This document shows positions 1 through 11,519 of a DNA stretch of 64,000 nt, one piece after another. Origin of the DNA: Octopus bimaculoides (lineage: Eukaryota); assembly GCF_001194135.2 (NCBI RefSeq), contig NC_068987.1:49029405-49093404 (forward strand). Reading direction: 5' to 3'. The stretch's first letter is position 1, and every line of letters begins with the position of its first letter. Under the pieces are notes generated by a model. The model did no database searches. It saw only the letters and a program-made list of their open reading frames with translations, and was not told where the DNA came from. Made by a program: the position numbers and the translations under genes.

Positions 1-37
<37 letters not shown>

Positions 38-306
38 CAAATGATATATGAGCATATGCATGTATGCATACATATATGTACATACCTACATCTATATGTA
101 TATATAGATGTATATCCGGGTACAAGACGTCAAAAATGTGGACAAAAAAGGAACGGGAATGTAAACAAAGCACAAAAGGCGAACTTTTTTTACAGACAAC
201 AGATTGAACACATAGGAAAATATATATATATATGTATGTATATATATGTGTGTATATATATATGTATATATATGTGTATGTATATGTATATATATATATA
301 TATATA
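1..306. repeat. (AT)n / AT-rich compound microsatellite
   Basis: Visible TA and TATG runs; source of the spurious YI/IY ORFs. Confidence 0.95.
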
Positions 307-569
307 CTTAAGTGGCAATACTTAAGTGGCAATATACTACACCCTAGGGGTCAGCCACACTTAAGTGGCAATATGCTACACTTTATCGTGCAGTTACTGT
401 TAATACTTCATTTAGAGAATTAACATTGNNNNNNNNNNNNNNNNNNNNNNNNNNNNNNNNNNNNNNNNNNNNNNNNNNNNNNNNNNNNNNNNNNNNNNNN
501 NNNNNNNNNNNNNNNNNNNNNNNNNNNNNNNNNNNNNNNNNNNNNNNNNNNNNNNNNNNNNNNNNNNNN

Positions 570-620
<51 letters not shown>

Positions 621-984
621 TGTGTGCTTGCATACACATGCAGAAACATAGTTGCATATACATATCTGAAATATATTTATACATGCACACACAGATGCAT
701 GTGTGTACATGATTTACTTTTGAAACAACATTCAACTGACGCTTAAAATGTTAGATCTGAAACATTTTTGTCTAGTTCACTGCCATAAAAATGTTCTTGT
801 ATAAACGTAGGAGAAACTGATGTTTAATAAACAGTTCACTTGAGTTGACAGCTGAATGAATGGCAACAAGGCACTCAGAATAATGACATTTTAAATTATT
901 CAGGTTAAATCTATATTAAATAATGCTCTCATTTATCCTTCCTGTTAATATTTCTTGGTGACTGTGTGCAAATCCTTGTCATTA

Positions 985-1860
985 TCAACATCATCATTTA
1001 ATGTCTGACTTCCATGCTGGCATGGGTTAGACAGTTTGACAGAAATCGTTGAGCCAGAGCACTGCATTGAGCTCCAGTGTCTACTTTAGCATGGTTTCTA
1101 CAACTGGATAGTCTTCCTAGCACCAACTACTTTACAGAGTGTACTAGGGTTTTTTTTTTTTAATAGTAGTGGCTCTAGTGATGTCATTGAGTAACTTGCA
1201 AGACAAGGCCGTTTGCTTCGGAGGATAATGGAAATGGAGGTGGCTTTATGCCAGATGTTGAGAAGCTAAAGTATGATAGAGGGACAGGAGCTGGTGTCTT
1301 GCTGTAGAGAAGATAAATTGCTCTCCTTACTGGAAAGAGAGAAAAGATGGTGAAGATGAGATGTCAGGGTGTACCTTCAAGGTATAAGAAGAAGGATAAA
1401 GTGAGAATAAGAACAGAGAATCAAGGATGGCTGGTGAGCAGGTTTGTCACAGTGTGAAAATGAGTGTCAGGTACTTAGAGATGAGGATAGAGGTGAACAT
1501 GATAAATGGTGAACAGGGCTGGAGTAGAGCCAATGGTGAATTTATGTTGGGTTGTGTGAGTGAAGGAAATGGAAGTAGGTTAGGGAGGAGGATGTGACGG
1601 AGGGTAGTACATAAAGTGGGGAAGCGGAGCAATAGAATAATAGAATAATAATACTGTGTAAAGATAAGAAATACGGACATGATGTGAAATGAAGGGGAAG
1701 AGAGAAGGATGTACAGTGCCAGAGATGGAAGTCAGAAGTACGTAGGGGTGTTTACAGTGAGTGACAAAGTTAGGTGATATCAATTATATGAGAGGGTGTT
1801 CAGGGGAAAGGGGTAAACTGTAGAAAATAAAGTATTGAGGGATGATGTTGAGAATGCTTG
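985..1860 (-). mobile_element. Old retroposon: RTE-type 3' tail plus pyrimidine-rich body; same family at about 19060-19640 and 23815-24200
   Basis: Left end catcatttaatgtctgacttccatgctggcatgggttagacag is the reverse complement of the RTE tail. Body segments are shared with 24060-24150 (gccagatg...ggtgtcttgctgtag) and 19430-19480 (gtaccttcaagg / ggaccttcaagat). Confidence 0.5.
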
Positions 1861-2097
1861 ATGGGCATCAAGGGAAGTGGTTCCAAGAAGAAGGATAACT
1901 GGTGGCACAAAATGGGTTACTTGTCTCATGACTATTGGGATTGTTGCAAAAAGTGCAAACTATATCCTCTCCAGTTCCACCCAAGGCTTGGCACACCTTC
2001 TCTTCCCTCATTCCATGTCATACTGCTGTCTAAAATATCGAGTTCACAGTAAAAGCAAAGCTCATCCCTTGCAACCCCCTCCAGCTGAGCATCCCTA

Positions 2098-2362
2098 ATC
2101 TTGCAGGCTCATAAGTTCTGGTGCCACATAAAAAGCATCTGCACCGGTGCTGCGTAAAAGCACTCTGTAAAGTGGTTGGCATTAGGAAGGGCATCCAGCA
2201 GTAGAAACCATGCCAAAGCAGACATGGAGCCTGAACAGCCCTTCTACTGGTCAGTTTTTGTCAAACCATCCAACCCATGCCAGCATGGAAAATGGATGTT
2301 AAATGATAATGATAATGATGATAATGATGATGATAATGATGATGATGATGATGATGATGATG

Positions 2363-2394
<32 letters not shown>

Positions 2395-2395
2395 C
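2098..2395 (+). mobile_element. RTE-tail retroposon, older subfamily, with expanded (GAT)n tail
   Basis: ggttggcattaggaagggcatccagc...aacccatgccagcatggaaaatggatgttaaatgat followed by about 80 bp of GAT repeat. Confidence 0.85.
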
Positions 2396-2454
2396 ACATA
2401 ATAACATTGGTACTCAAATTTTTCTTTACTTCAACTGGTTCTGCCTTATTGAAC

Positions 2455-2780
2455 ATTCTGGCACTTGTGCCCACGGCATGTGTAAGGACTTTCGATCGAG
2501 ATCATTGCCAGTGCCCCTGGACTGGCTCTTGTGTGGGTGGCACATAAAATACACCATTTTGAGCATGGACATTGCCAGTACCGCCTGACTGGCCTTCGTA
2601 CCGGTGGCACGTAAAAGCACTCACTACACTCTCGGAGTGGTTGGCGTTAGGAAGGGCATCCAGCTGTAGAAACTCTGCCAAATCAGATTGGAGCCTGGTG
2701 TAGCCATCTGGTTTCACCAGTCCTCAGTCAAATCGTCCAACCCATGCTAGCATGGAAAGCGGACGTTAAACGACGATGAT
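2455..2780 (+). mobile_element. RTE 3'UTR copy, young subfamily (5'-truncated LINE or tail SINE)
   Basis: About 97% identical by eye to 47045-47210, CpGs retained; matches the 3'UTR of the RTE at 7625-7852. Confidence 0.9.
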
Positions 2781-3269
2781 ACAACGATCCTGAAAGAAAC
2801 CTGTTGAGTATATATGTGTGTGTTAGTGTACTTGTCTTGATATCACTTGATCATTGTAAAGGAGTGTTACTGTCATAGAAACAGTGTCCTTTATTTCCAA
2901 TATTTTGCAAAAAACATATCTAGCCATGAGGAAATATTATCTTGTTTGGAAACAGGTGAGGATTGGTCAGAGGAAGGGCATCCAACTATTTAAAATCTGC
3001 CTCAATAAACTTTGTCTGTCCCATGCAAGCAAGGAAAAACAGATGTTAAAACGCTGCTGCTGCTGCTGATGATGATGATGATGATAGGAATTTTAACTTA
3101 TCCATCGTCTCAATTTTCCAACCTCTTATCCACCGGTACTATAGTTAGACACCAATTCAATGAATCACAAAAATACGTAATATGTTACAGCAGCCTCCTT
3201 ACATTTGTTTATGTAATCTGACAACTGTCTGCCAGTTAGCAACAGGTTACGATAAACTAAGTATTATTT

Positions 3270-3790
3270 TCAAGCAATAGATAGGCGTCAATATGACTGT
3301 ATGATTTAAAAGTTTGCTTTCCAACCACATTGCTTTCAGGTTCAATCCTACAGCCTAGCATCTTGGGCTAGTATCTTCCACTATAGCTCTGTGCTGAGCA
3401 ACACCTTATGAATGGGATTTAGTAGATGGTGACTACCAAATCCATTTTCAATGACACTCACACACACACACACACATTCATATTTATGTTTATGTGTGGA
3501 TGGGTAGGTGGGGGTTTGTTTGTCTCTCCTCGTCTTGACATCATATGATGTTGTAAACGAGCCTCACCATCATACAAGTGGTGTTGCTTGTTTCCAGTCT
3601 TCTGTGGAAAATATGTCAGGTCAAATAGAAATATCACCTTGCTTGGAAAGAAGTGAGGTTTGGTAACAGGAAATGCGTTCCACCATAGAAAATCTGCCTG
3701 AACAAATTTCATCTGACCAATACAAGCATGGAGAAATGGACTTTAAAGTAGTAATGTTGATGGTTGTGGTTATGATGATGATGATGATGC
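3270..3790 (+). mobile_element. Degraded tRNA-CORE SINE with RTE-type tail; a 3'-part copy lies at 2785-3085
   Basis: Head with B-box-like ggttcaatcc and catcttgggctagtatcttc core; body and tail are collinear with the full copy at 37868-38290. Confidence 0.65.
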
Positions 3791-3966
3791 TGAACTCAAA
3801 CCACCACCTTACTTTGATAATTTCTTTCTGCATCATCCTACAAGAAAATGGTATCATATAACTGAGGCAGAATATAATGGCTTTGTTGAAAGATGGACTA
3901 AAACATTTCCTAGAGTCATAGGTGCTATGCTGTTTTTTGATTTTATAATATAATAATTAGAAACAG

Positions 3967-4005
<39 letters not shown>

Positions 4006-4012
4006 TATATTA

Positions 4013-4178
4013 AAATTATAATTTAGGATATCTAATAGATACCACCACGCTGGAAATAGCAGCCAAAACTTGACTCTAAAACCTGGTGCTATATGAACAT
4101 TTAATGTGGTTTTAGAGTCAAGTTTTGGCTGCTATTTCCAGCATGGTAGTATCTCTTAGATACCCTAAATTATAGTTT
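4013..4178. repeat. Foldback: ~71-bp arms (4013-4083 / 4108-4178), 24-nt loop
   Basis: ctggaaatagcagccaaaacttgactctaaaacc pairs perfectly with ggttttagagtcaagttttggctgctatttccag; about 90% over the whole arm. Confidence 0.92.
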
Positions 4179-4337
4179 CAATAATAATTATTATCTTTGA
4201 GGTTTTTATTCCCATGCTGGCCACCTGATAAGATTGGTATTTTAAATAACGATCTTATCCTTATTTATATAAATTTATATATATATATATGTATATGTAT
4301 ATATATATACAAATTGAAGTGTACAGTATTATATATC

Positions 4338-4392
<55 letters not shown>

Positions 4393-4593
4393 GACCATCT
4401 GTTAATACTTTGCATGTACCACATCCTCACATTGTTGCTTTTCCTTAATTTTTGGGGGATTAGCTATATATATATATATATATATGTATATGTATATATG
4501 TATATATGTATATATATATGCCTGTATATGTATATATGTATGTATGTATGCATGTATGTATGTATGTATGTGTGTATATATATGTATGTATAT

Positions 4594-4992
4594 TTTGTGT
4601 CTAGGGAGAGTCGTTACGCCAATATTAATAACACATGCACCTGTTCACTTCCTCTACTTTATTATTAGTCAATTGGTTAACTATCTATCCTACTAACTAA
4701 TCAATCATTTGTTTAACTTGCTGGTTAAACAGGCAATCATTTTCTTTTTATGTTCGTCAAAGTTGTTTTGTCACCATGCATAGCCTTTTCAGTGACTATC
4801 TCTTTGACAAACAAAAAAAAAATGATTGACTGTTTAATCAACATGTTAGAAAATGATTGATTGGTTGGCTAGATATTTAACCAATTGACTGATGATAAAA
4901 GAGTTGTATTGAACTGGTGCATGTGTTATTATTGGTGTAATGATTCTCCATAGATACAACAAAATTTGTTTCAACACATGAATTCACATAAA
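4594..4992. mobile_element. Palindromic foldback (MITE-like) element, ~175-bp arms, 17-nt loop, plus shared terminal extension
   Basis: 4594-4774 is the reverse complement of 4792-4962 at roughly 80%; terminus shared with 32969-33270. Confidence 0.8.
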
Positions 4993-5016
4993 GAATCTTG
5001 CAAGCCAAATACAATT

Positions 5017-5052
<36 letters not shown>

Positions 5053-5409
5053 CATGCGTGTGTGTGTGTGTATATGCATATATGTGTGGTGTGTTGTGGA
5101 TTAATGGAAAGAAATCCCATAAAAACTCAACAATTTTGATAAAAGTGGAGAAGAGAAGATGTTAAAAAATATAAGAGTATTTTAAAGAATATAACAGAAT
5201 TTTATCAAAATTGTTGAGTTTTATGGGATTTCTTTCCTTAAACACCCCATATGCAAGTATTATTTTCATATTTGCAATTTTACGCAAGTAAGCTACCAGC
5301 AAAATATGAAGAATCTATATTAAAAATCTTTTGTTTTGGAAACCTTCAAATTAAAGGACGAATCTAATTCAACCTTTTTACTCACACACACACACACACA
5401 CACACATAT

Positions 5410-7852
5410 ATGTATGAAGGTTTCTATGGGACAACCTGTTGAGGGCCACTGACCAGATCTGTGGATGGTGTAAAGTCCCCTCTCAACCCATGGTAATGTG
5501 GTGGTGGAACAATGTAGTTGACAGGGCCATTAGGGAAAAGAAACAGGCATGGAAGGACTGGAAGAACGATGGGAGCAGGGAATTATATCAAACTGCCAGA
5601 AGAGAAACTAGGAGGCAGGTTTATTTAGCCAGAGTGGAAGCAGATAAGAAAAAATTTGCCAATGTTCTGCGCCATGAGGACCAAAGATCTGAAGTATTTC
5701 GTGTTACAAGACAGTGTGTGAGAGAGAATCATGATGTCGTAGGAGAGAAATGTGTCTGCATGGATGATGGTTCAGTTGCATTAAACGAGGCTGCAAGGAG
5801 AGAGACTTGGAGATGCCACGATGAAAGTTTGCTAAATGAAGAGAATGAATGGGAGAAAGAGAGTCTGCCGAATGTCAACCCAACAGAGGGACCAACTATC
5901 TGAATTGACAGTACCTTGGTAGATAAAGCAATTAAGGGTATGAAGACAGGGAAAGCCCCCGGCCCATCAGGAATCACCACAGAAATGCTTAAAATATCTG
6001 GCAGTGTCGGCTATAGCCTAGTCACCTGTATAGTCAACCAGGTGATACATGAAGGAGTCATACCCAATGACTGTTGTAGCAGCACCATAGTCAACTGCTT
6101 CAAAGGTAAAAGTGTCGCATTAGATACAAATAATTACAGAGGTATCTAGTTGTTGGACCAGGTAATGAAAGTCATGGAGAGGGTCATAGCCCAACTAATT
6201 AGGGAGAGAGTCAGTTTAGATGAGATGCAGTTTGGGTTCGTGCCAGGGAAAAGCACCACTGATGCTATATTTCTGGTAAGACAGCTGCAGGAGAAATACC
6301 TAGCCAAAGATAAACCTCTGTACCTGACTTTCGTTGACATGGAGAAAGTCCTTGACAGGGTCCTCTGATCCCTTATCTGGTGGTTAATGAGGAAACTAGA
6401 GACAGAGATGAATGGTTAGAGAGAGCTGTACAAGCCATGTACAGGGATGCTGTCAGTAAGGTGAGGGTTGGCAACAGGTACAGTGAAGAATTTTGGGTAG
6501 GGGTCGTGGTCCACCAAGGATCAGTCCTCAGCCCCCTCTTATTCATCATAGTCCTCCAGACAATAATAGAGGAATTCAAGACAGGATGCCCCTGGGAGCT
6601 TCTCTATGCTGATGACCTTGCTCTAATTGCTGAGTCACTATCAGAACTAGAGAAGTTTCAGGTGTGGAAGCAAGTATTAGAATCAAACGGCCTAGTCAAC
6701 CTAGCAAAGACCAAAGTCTTAATAAGTAGGAAGGCAGATAAACCACAAATCCCTTCAGGTAGATAGCCCTGCTCGATTTGTAGAAAAGGCATAGGTAGAA
6801 AGTTCATAAGATGTAGCCAGTGTAAGCTATGGACACATAAGAGGTGCAGCAATATCAAAGGAAGGCTAACTTGCAAGATAGTTTTTGTATGTGGCAAATG
6901 CTCAGGAGCAATAAACACTGAAAATGTGCAGAGAACAGCTTCTGTCACATTCCAGGGAGAAAAACTAGAAGTAGTTGATAGGTTCTGTTACCTAGGTGAC
7001 CAAGTCAGTAGTGGGGGTGGATGCTCTGAAAGTGTAGCTTCTAGAATAAGAATAGCTTGGGCAAAGTTCAGAGAGCTCTTACCTCTGCTGGTGACAAAGG
7101 GCCTCTCGCTCGGAGTAAAAGGCACACTGTATGATGCATGTGTGCGAACAGCCATGCTACATGGCAATGAAACATGGGCCATGACTGCTGAGGACATGCG
7201 TAAGCTTGCAAGGAATGAAGCCAGTATGTTCCGCTGGATGTGTAATGCTGGTGTGCATACATGACAGAATGTAAGCATCCTGAGAGAAAAGCTGGACTTA
7301 AAAAGCATCAGATGTGGTGCACAAGAGAGATGACTGCACTGGTATGGTCATGTCCTGTGAATGGATGAGGATAGCTGTATGAAAAAATGTCACACCCTAG
7401 CAATTGAGAGAACCTGTGGAAGAGTTAGACCCAGGAAGACCTGGGATGATGTGGTGAAGCATCACCTTCAAACATTGGGCTTCACCGAGGCAATGACAAG
7501 TGACTGAGACCTTTGGAGATATGCTGTGCTTGAGAAGACCTGGCAAGCTAAATGAGACCATAACCGTGGCCTATGCCAGTGCTGTATAACCAGCCCATTT
7601 AAGAGTACCCTTCAATCATTGGACATTGATTGTGGCCGATGCCAGTATCACCTGACTGGCCCTCATGCCAGTGGCATGTAAAAGCACCCACTACACTCTC
7701 GGAGTGGTTGGCGTTAGAAAGGGCATCCAACTATAGAAACTTTGCAAGAGCAGATTGGAGCCTGGTGCAGCCATCTGGCTTGCCAGCCTTCAGTCAAACC
7801 GTCCAACCCATGCCAGCATGGAAAGCAGACGTTAAACAACGATGATGATGAT
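5410..7852 (+). mobile_element. 5'-truncated RTE-clade LINE: degraded reverse transcriptase, complete 3' end
   Basis: Frameshifted ORFs give KAIKGMKTGKAPGPSGI, NNYRGI, QFGFVPGKSTTDAIF, HQGSVLSPLLF, LYADDLAL and AMLHGNETW; 3'UTR ends gttaaacaacgatgatgat. Confidence 0.95.
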
Positions 7853-7868
7853 ATATATACATGTATAA

Positions 7869-7980
<112 letters not shown>

Positions 7981-7986
7981 ATATAT

Positions 7987-8031
<45 letters not shown>

Positions 8032-8049
8032 CATATATATGTATATATA

Positions 8050-9118
8050 CAGGGTGGGGGAGCAAAATTTAAAATATTTGGAGGCAGGGATTGAAAGACA
8101 GTGTATGACCAATTAGTTTATTGAAAGTCATGAGAATTTATTTGTCACAAGAAAATTTACATAATAGAAAATGTTTTTATTCTATGTGTCCTCCTTCTTT
8201 CTCAATAACTGCTTCCACACGCTTCCTGAAACTTGCACAAGTGTTCATCAAATATTTGGGAGACAACTTCTCCCATTCTTCTTTAATAGTATCTTTAAGA
8301 GAGTCGACATTGCTGTGTGATATTCTATTGGTAGCATGTTCTAAAACGCCCCAAATAGCATAATCCAGAGGATTTAGATCTGGGCTAGAAGGCGGCCATA
8401 AACATGATTCCAAAAAATTGCTAAAGTTGGATTTGCAGGAATCTTGTATTTTTCTAGCTGTGTGGGCTGGAGCACCATCCTGTGTCCATACATAATTACC
8501 ATCTGGGTAGTTTGCTTTAAGCCATGGCAATACCTGGTATCTCAGAGTCTTGTAGTAAGTATTAACATTGATCTTTTCATCAGCTTTGTAGAATTTTATA
8601 GGCATTTTCTTTCCATCGGAAGCCACAACGCCAAAAGCCATAACTTGAGCAGGATGTTTTGTTTTGAATGTCCCCTTAACCTCAGCTGTTGATTTTGCAA
8701 TAAATCTGTCATTTCTGCGGTTCAGAACGGCATCGACATTGAAGATCTTTTTTCTGAAAAGATCATTACAATGGAGGACTTTTTCTTGAACCATGTTATA
8801 ATTTTCTTGCACCTTTCCAATCTCTTTTCCTTCATAGCTGTTGTCAACAAGTGTTTTGGTGTTCTTGTGTAAGAATTTTACCTCAAATCATATTTTTAAT
8901 GGTCTTGTTGTCTACTTCAAGTTCAATTGCCATTTTTCTCATGGATTTGGTTGGATCCGTTAGGATTTTGGATTTGAGAGCTTTAATAAAAGCTTTGGTA
9001 CGTTTTTTGTTGATTCCTCCACTTCCAGACGTCCTCGAAATAGTTTTGCTCATAGCCATTCTATTCTTTACATTATAAACAGTCTTTATGGACACTCCAA
9101 CTATTCTTGAAATCAGTG
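8050..9118 (-). mobile_element. Tc1/mariner DD37D (maT-type) transposon, 5'-truncated
   Basis: ORF 8177-8812 contains WTQDGAPAH...WPPSSPDLNPLDYAIWG with 37 residues between D and D. HTH part is at 8883-9095. TA|CAGGGTG terminus at 8050; no partner TIR seen. Confidence 0.9.
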
Positions 9119-9250
9119 GAAAATATGAAAACTAAAAGAAGCAACACATATGCTAGGACACAACAACCTCCAAAGCAGACCGAGTGCAGATATGAATAGT
9201 ATATGGGAACCGGTATTAAGGAAGGATAGGAAAATATTAGATTTATAAGC
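9112..9250 (+). mobile_element. C-terminal fragment of a Penelope-like GIY-YIG endonuclease
   Basis: Translates KI*KLKEATHMLGHNNLQSRPSADMNSIWEPVLRKDRKILDL*, matching the RKxKEA...N...W.P.L end of PLE GIY-YIG domains. Confidence 0.55.
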
Positions 9251-9278
9251 CCTAAAACTTCACTCCATAATTGACCAC

Positions 9279-9345
9279 GGGCATATGGCGTAGTGGTTAA
9301 GAGCGCAGACTACTAATTCCGAGTTCGATTCCAGGCAATGACCTG
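9279..9345 (+). mobile_element. tRNA-derived segment (SINE head or tRNA pseudogene)
   Basis: A box TGGCGTAGTGG (9286-9296) and B box GAGTTCGATTCC (9321-9332); anticodon region shortened and no acceptor stem. Confidence 0.75.
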
Positions 9346-9389
9346 AAAAAAAACCCCAAAAAAAACAACAACGACAACATCATCATCAT

Positions 9390-9655
9390 CGAAATGTTGC
9401 TGTAATTTAGCCCCAGGAGACATCATCTCCAGCTGGCTATACGACATGATCTGTGTCCTTATATTTTCGAACAAGGGAGTCTAGCACCCCCACTCAGCTC
9501 AAAACAATATCTGTGTATTGTGATTTCCAGTTTATTTCCTTTCATCAGCACAGAATAACTGTGCTAGATTCCCTTGTTCGAAAATATAAGGACAGATTGT
9601 GTCATATAGCCAGCTGAAGACGATGTCTCCTGAGGCTAAATTACAGCAACATTCG
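9390..9655. repeat. Foldback: ~97-bp arms (9390-9487 / 9561-9655), 73-nt loop containing a hammerhead motif
   Basis: Arms reverse-complement at about 88%. Confidence 0.92.
9510..9554 (-). ncRNA. Minimal type I hammerhead ribozyme, partly decayed
   Basis: Minus strand reads UCUGUG-CUGAUGA-aaggaaauaaacug-GAAA-ucacaa-UA-CACAGA: perfect 6-bp helix I and intact core; helix II weak. Confidence 0.7.
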
Positions 9656-9659
9656 TCCT

Positions 9660-11460
9660 AAACTAGGACTGCCATGTTATGTTGGCAAATAGTCTTTACT
9701 CCAAAGTACTGTTGCTGAATATCTCTTGTGAGATTTGCAAATAATAATTTTCTAATCTTAACTTATTGTTTTTCTTTTTTAGGTAGACTGTAAGTGCTGC
9801 CCAATTTGAGTGGCCCTCTTCTTGATTATTCCTAGGCTTTCAAGTCTTTCAAGTTCCTTATTTACCTGTTCTAGTGCATTCTGTTTTGGCTTAAATACAG
9901 TTATTGCACTTTGTCTTACTACAATTTTTGCTTTCGTTTCTTGCAGCAACCCAGTTCATCTGAGAAAACATCTGGAAATAAATGTTTTATTTTTTGTTTC
10001 AATCCCTCAGCCACATTTGAACTTTCAACTGAACCGACTATATTCACACTCAAAACACTTATGGGCATATTCCACAATTTGAGCAGTTCCATCCACTCTA
10101 TGTTGAATAGATTAACTGAATTTTTTAACACATATACATTTGCCATTTTCATTTCGTCATGAAATGTCACATTACAGACAAATTCCCCTACAAAATACTA
10201 TCTTTTACCCATAACACCATATGCTACTTTTGTAGATTTACTTAATTTTGGCTTACCGATATACTTCCAAGTTTCTTCATTCACAATGGTAGTATCACTT
10301 TCAGTGTCTAACTGCATTTTTACTCTTATATTTTTAATTTTCACATTTACGAATTTCCTTTTTGTCAAGTTACCATTCTCTTTTGACAACATCTTGTTTA
10401 TTCCTTTTTCTTTGTTCCAACATTTTGTCATCTTGGTTTTACAGTGCACTTTTGTATGTCCAGTTTTTCCACAACAGAAGCATTCTACTTTCTTAAATGG
10501 GCAGTTTTTTCTTAGGTGTAGACCTTCACATGCAAAACATGAGTTTGTTTCCCGATTTTTGTCTTGTTTGTACTGTATTTTATCACACACTTGATTTCTA
10601 TTCTGCCTGCTTCGCACTTGGGAGCAATCTTTATGTTCAATTTTCTCTGTGTTGTGTCTTGAATTTACTATTCTTTCACACTCTTCTGACACTTGTTGTA
10701 AGGTTACAGCTTGGTTTTGTTCCAGCTTAGCGAGAATTCTTGTTCTTACCTCTGCATCTTTTTCTGCAGTTAGTCCCGGAGTAAATATAGGGCACTTGAA
10801 CACATCTGGCACTAATTCGCCCAGTTTGAACTTTTCACATTTTCTGTTAACTCTGCCAGCATATATGATGTAGTCCTCCTCATTCTTTTCTAGGTTCAAA
10901 CATTTCCAGTGTGTATTGAACAACAAACTTTTCTTGCTAAAAATCTTACACAATATGTCTATTGTATTTTTAAAGTTTTGTCAGAAGATTTTCTCGGAAG
11001 TCCGTCATTGTTGTAATGTTCATGTTCTCCTGCTGCCAATTTTCTTAGGATTAGATGTGTTTTCATATCGTTGTCACAATCTTTGCACTCTTTATTGAAG
11101 ATCTGTTCACATCTTCTACAGTATGCCTCAAAGGTAACTCCTTCATCTGGTGCATACTTAAATTCCATTATTGAGTTTGCAACATAATCTGGCAAGAACA
11201 TTTTTTCAGCATTTTTTGATGTCTTACTATTCATTAATTGTAGCATTTGTTGCTGTAAGAATAATAATAATTGTTGTTGTTGTTGTTTTTGCAACTTGAG
11301 CAAACTGGTCAGCAATTTTCCAGAATTTTATGATTTTGTGTACCGTAAAATTTGCACAAAAAATCTTTTGCAAGTTTCGTAACTCGCTGTGAGTTTGTTT
11401 AATCCTTGTGAATTTGTTAATTCCTCATGAGTTTGTTAATTCCTCATCACCACTGTTGTG
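9660..11460 (-). mobile_element. Gypsy/Ty3 LTR retrotransposon remnant (Mag-like): gag, two zinc knuckles, aspartic protease, start of RT
   Basis: CFACEGLHLRKNC and CFCCGKTGHTKVHC knuckles, VKMQLDTESDTTIV protease motif, FPDVFSDELG linker; LTR end ...ACAACA followed by a PBS. Confidence 0.88.
11441..11452 (-). promoter_or_regulatory. Primer-binding site, tRNA-Ser(GCU)-type
   Basis: TGGTGATGAGGA equals TGGCGACGAGGA with two CpG>TpG changes, 1 nt after the CA LTR end. Confidence 0.6.
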
Positions 11461-11519
11461 ATCCAATTGTTGGACTGTTATAATGTCCACTCTGGTATAG
11501 CAGTATAGTTAGTTCGACA

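Noticed and set aside
307-381. cttaagtggcaata three times (CRISPR-like spacing?)
   Set aside because: 14-bp unit, two copies directly adjacent, no regular spacers, eukaryotic context; a local tandem duplication.
41-746. ORFs rich in YI/CV/HT repeats or X, here and throughout the track
   Set aside because: They are translations of microsatellites or N gaps, not genes.
9279-9345. Functional tRNA gene
   Set aside because: Anticodon arm truncated and no 7-bp acceptor stem; only the promoter boxes remain.
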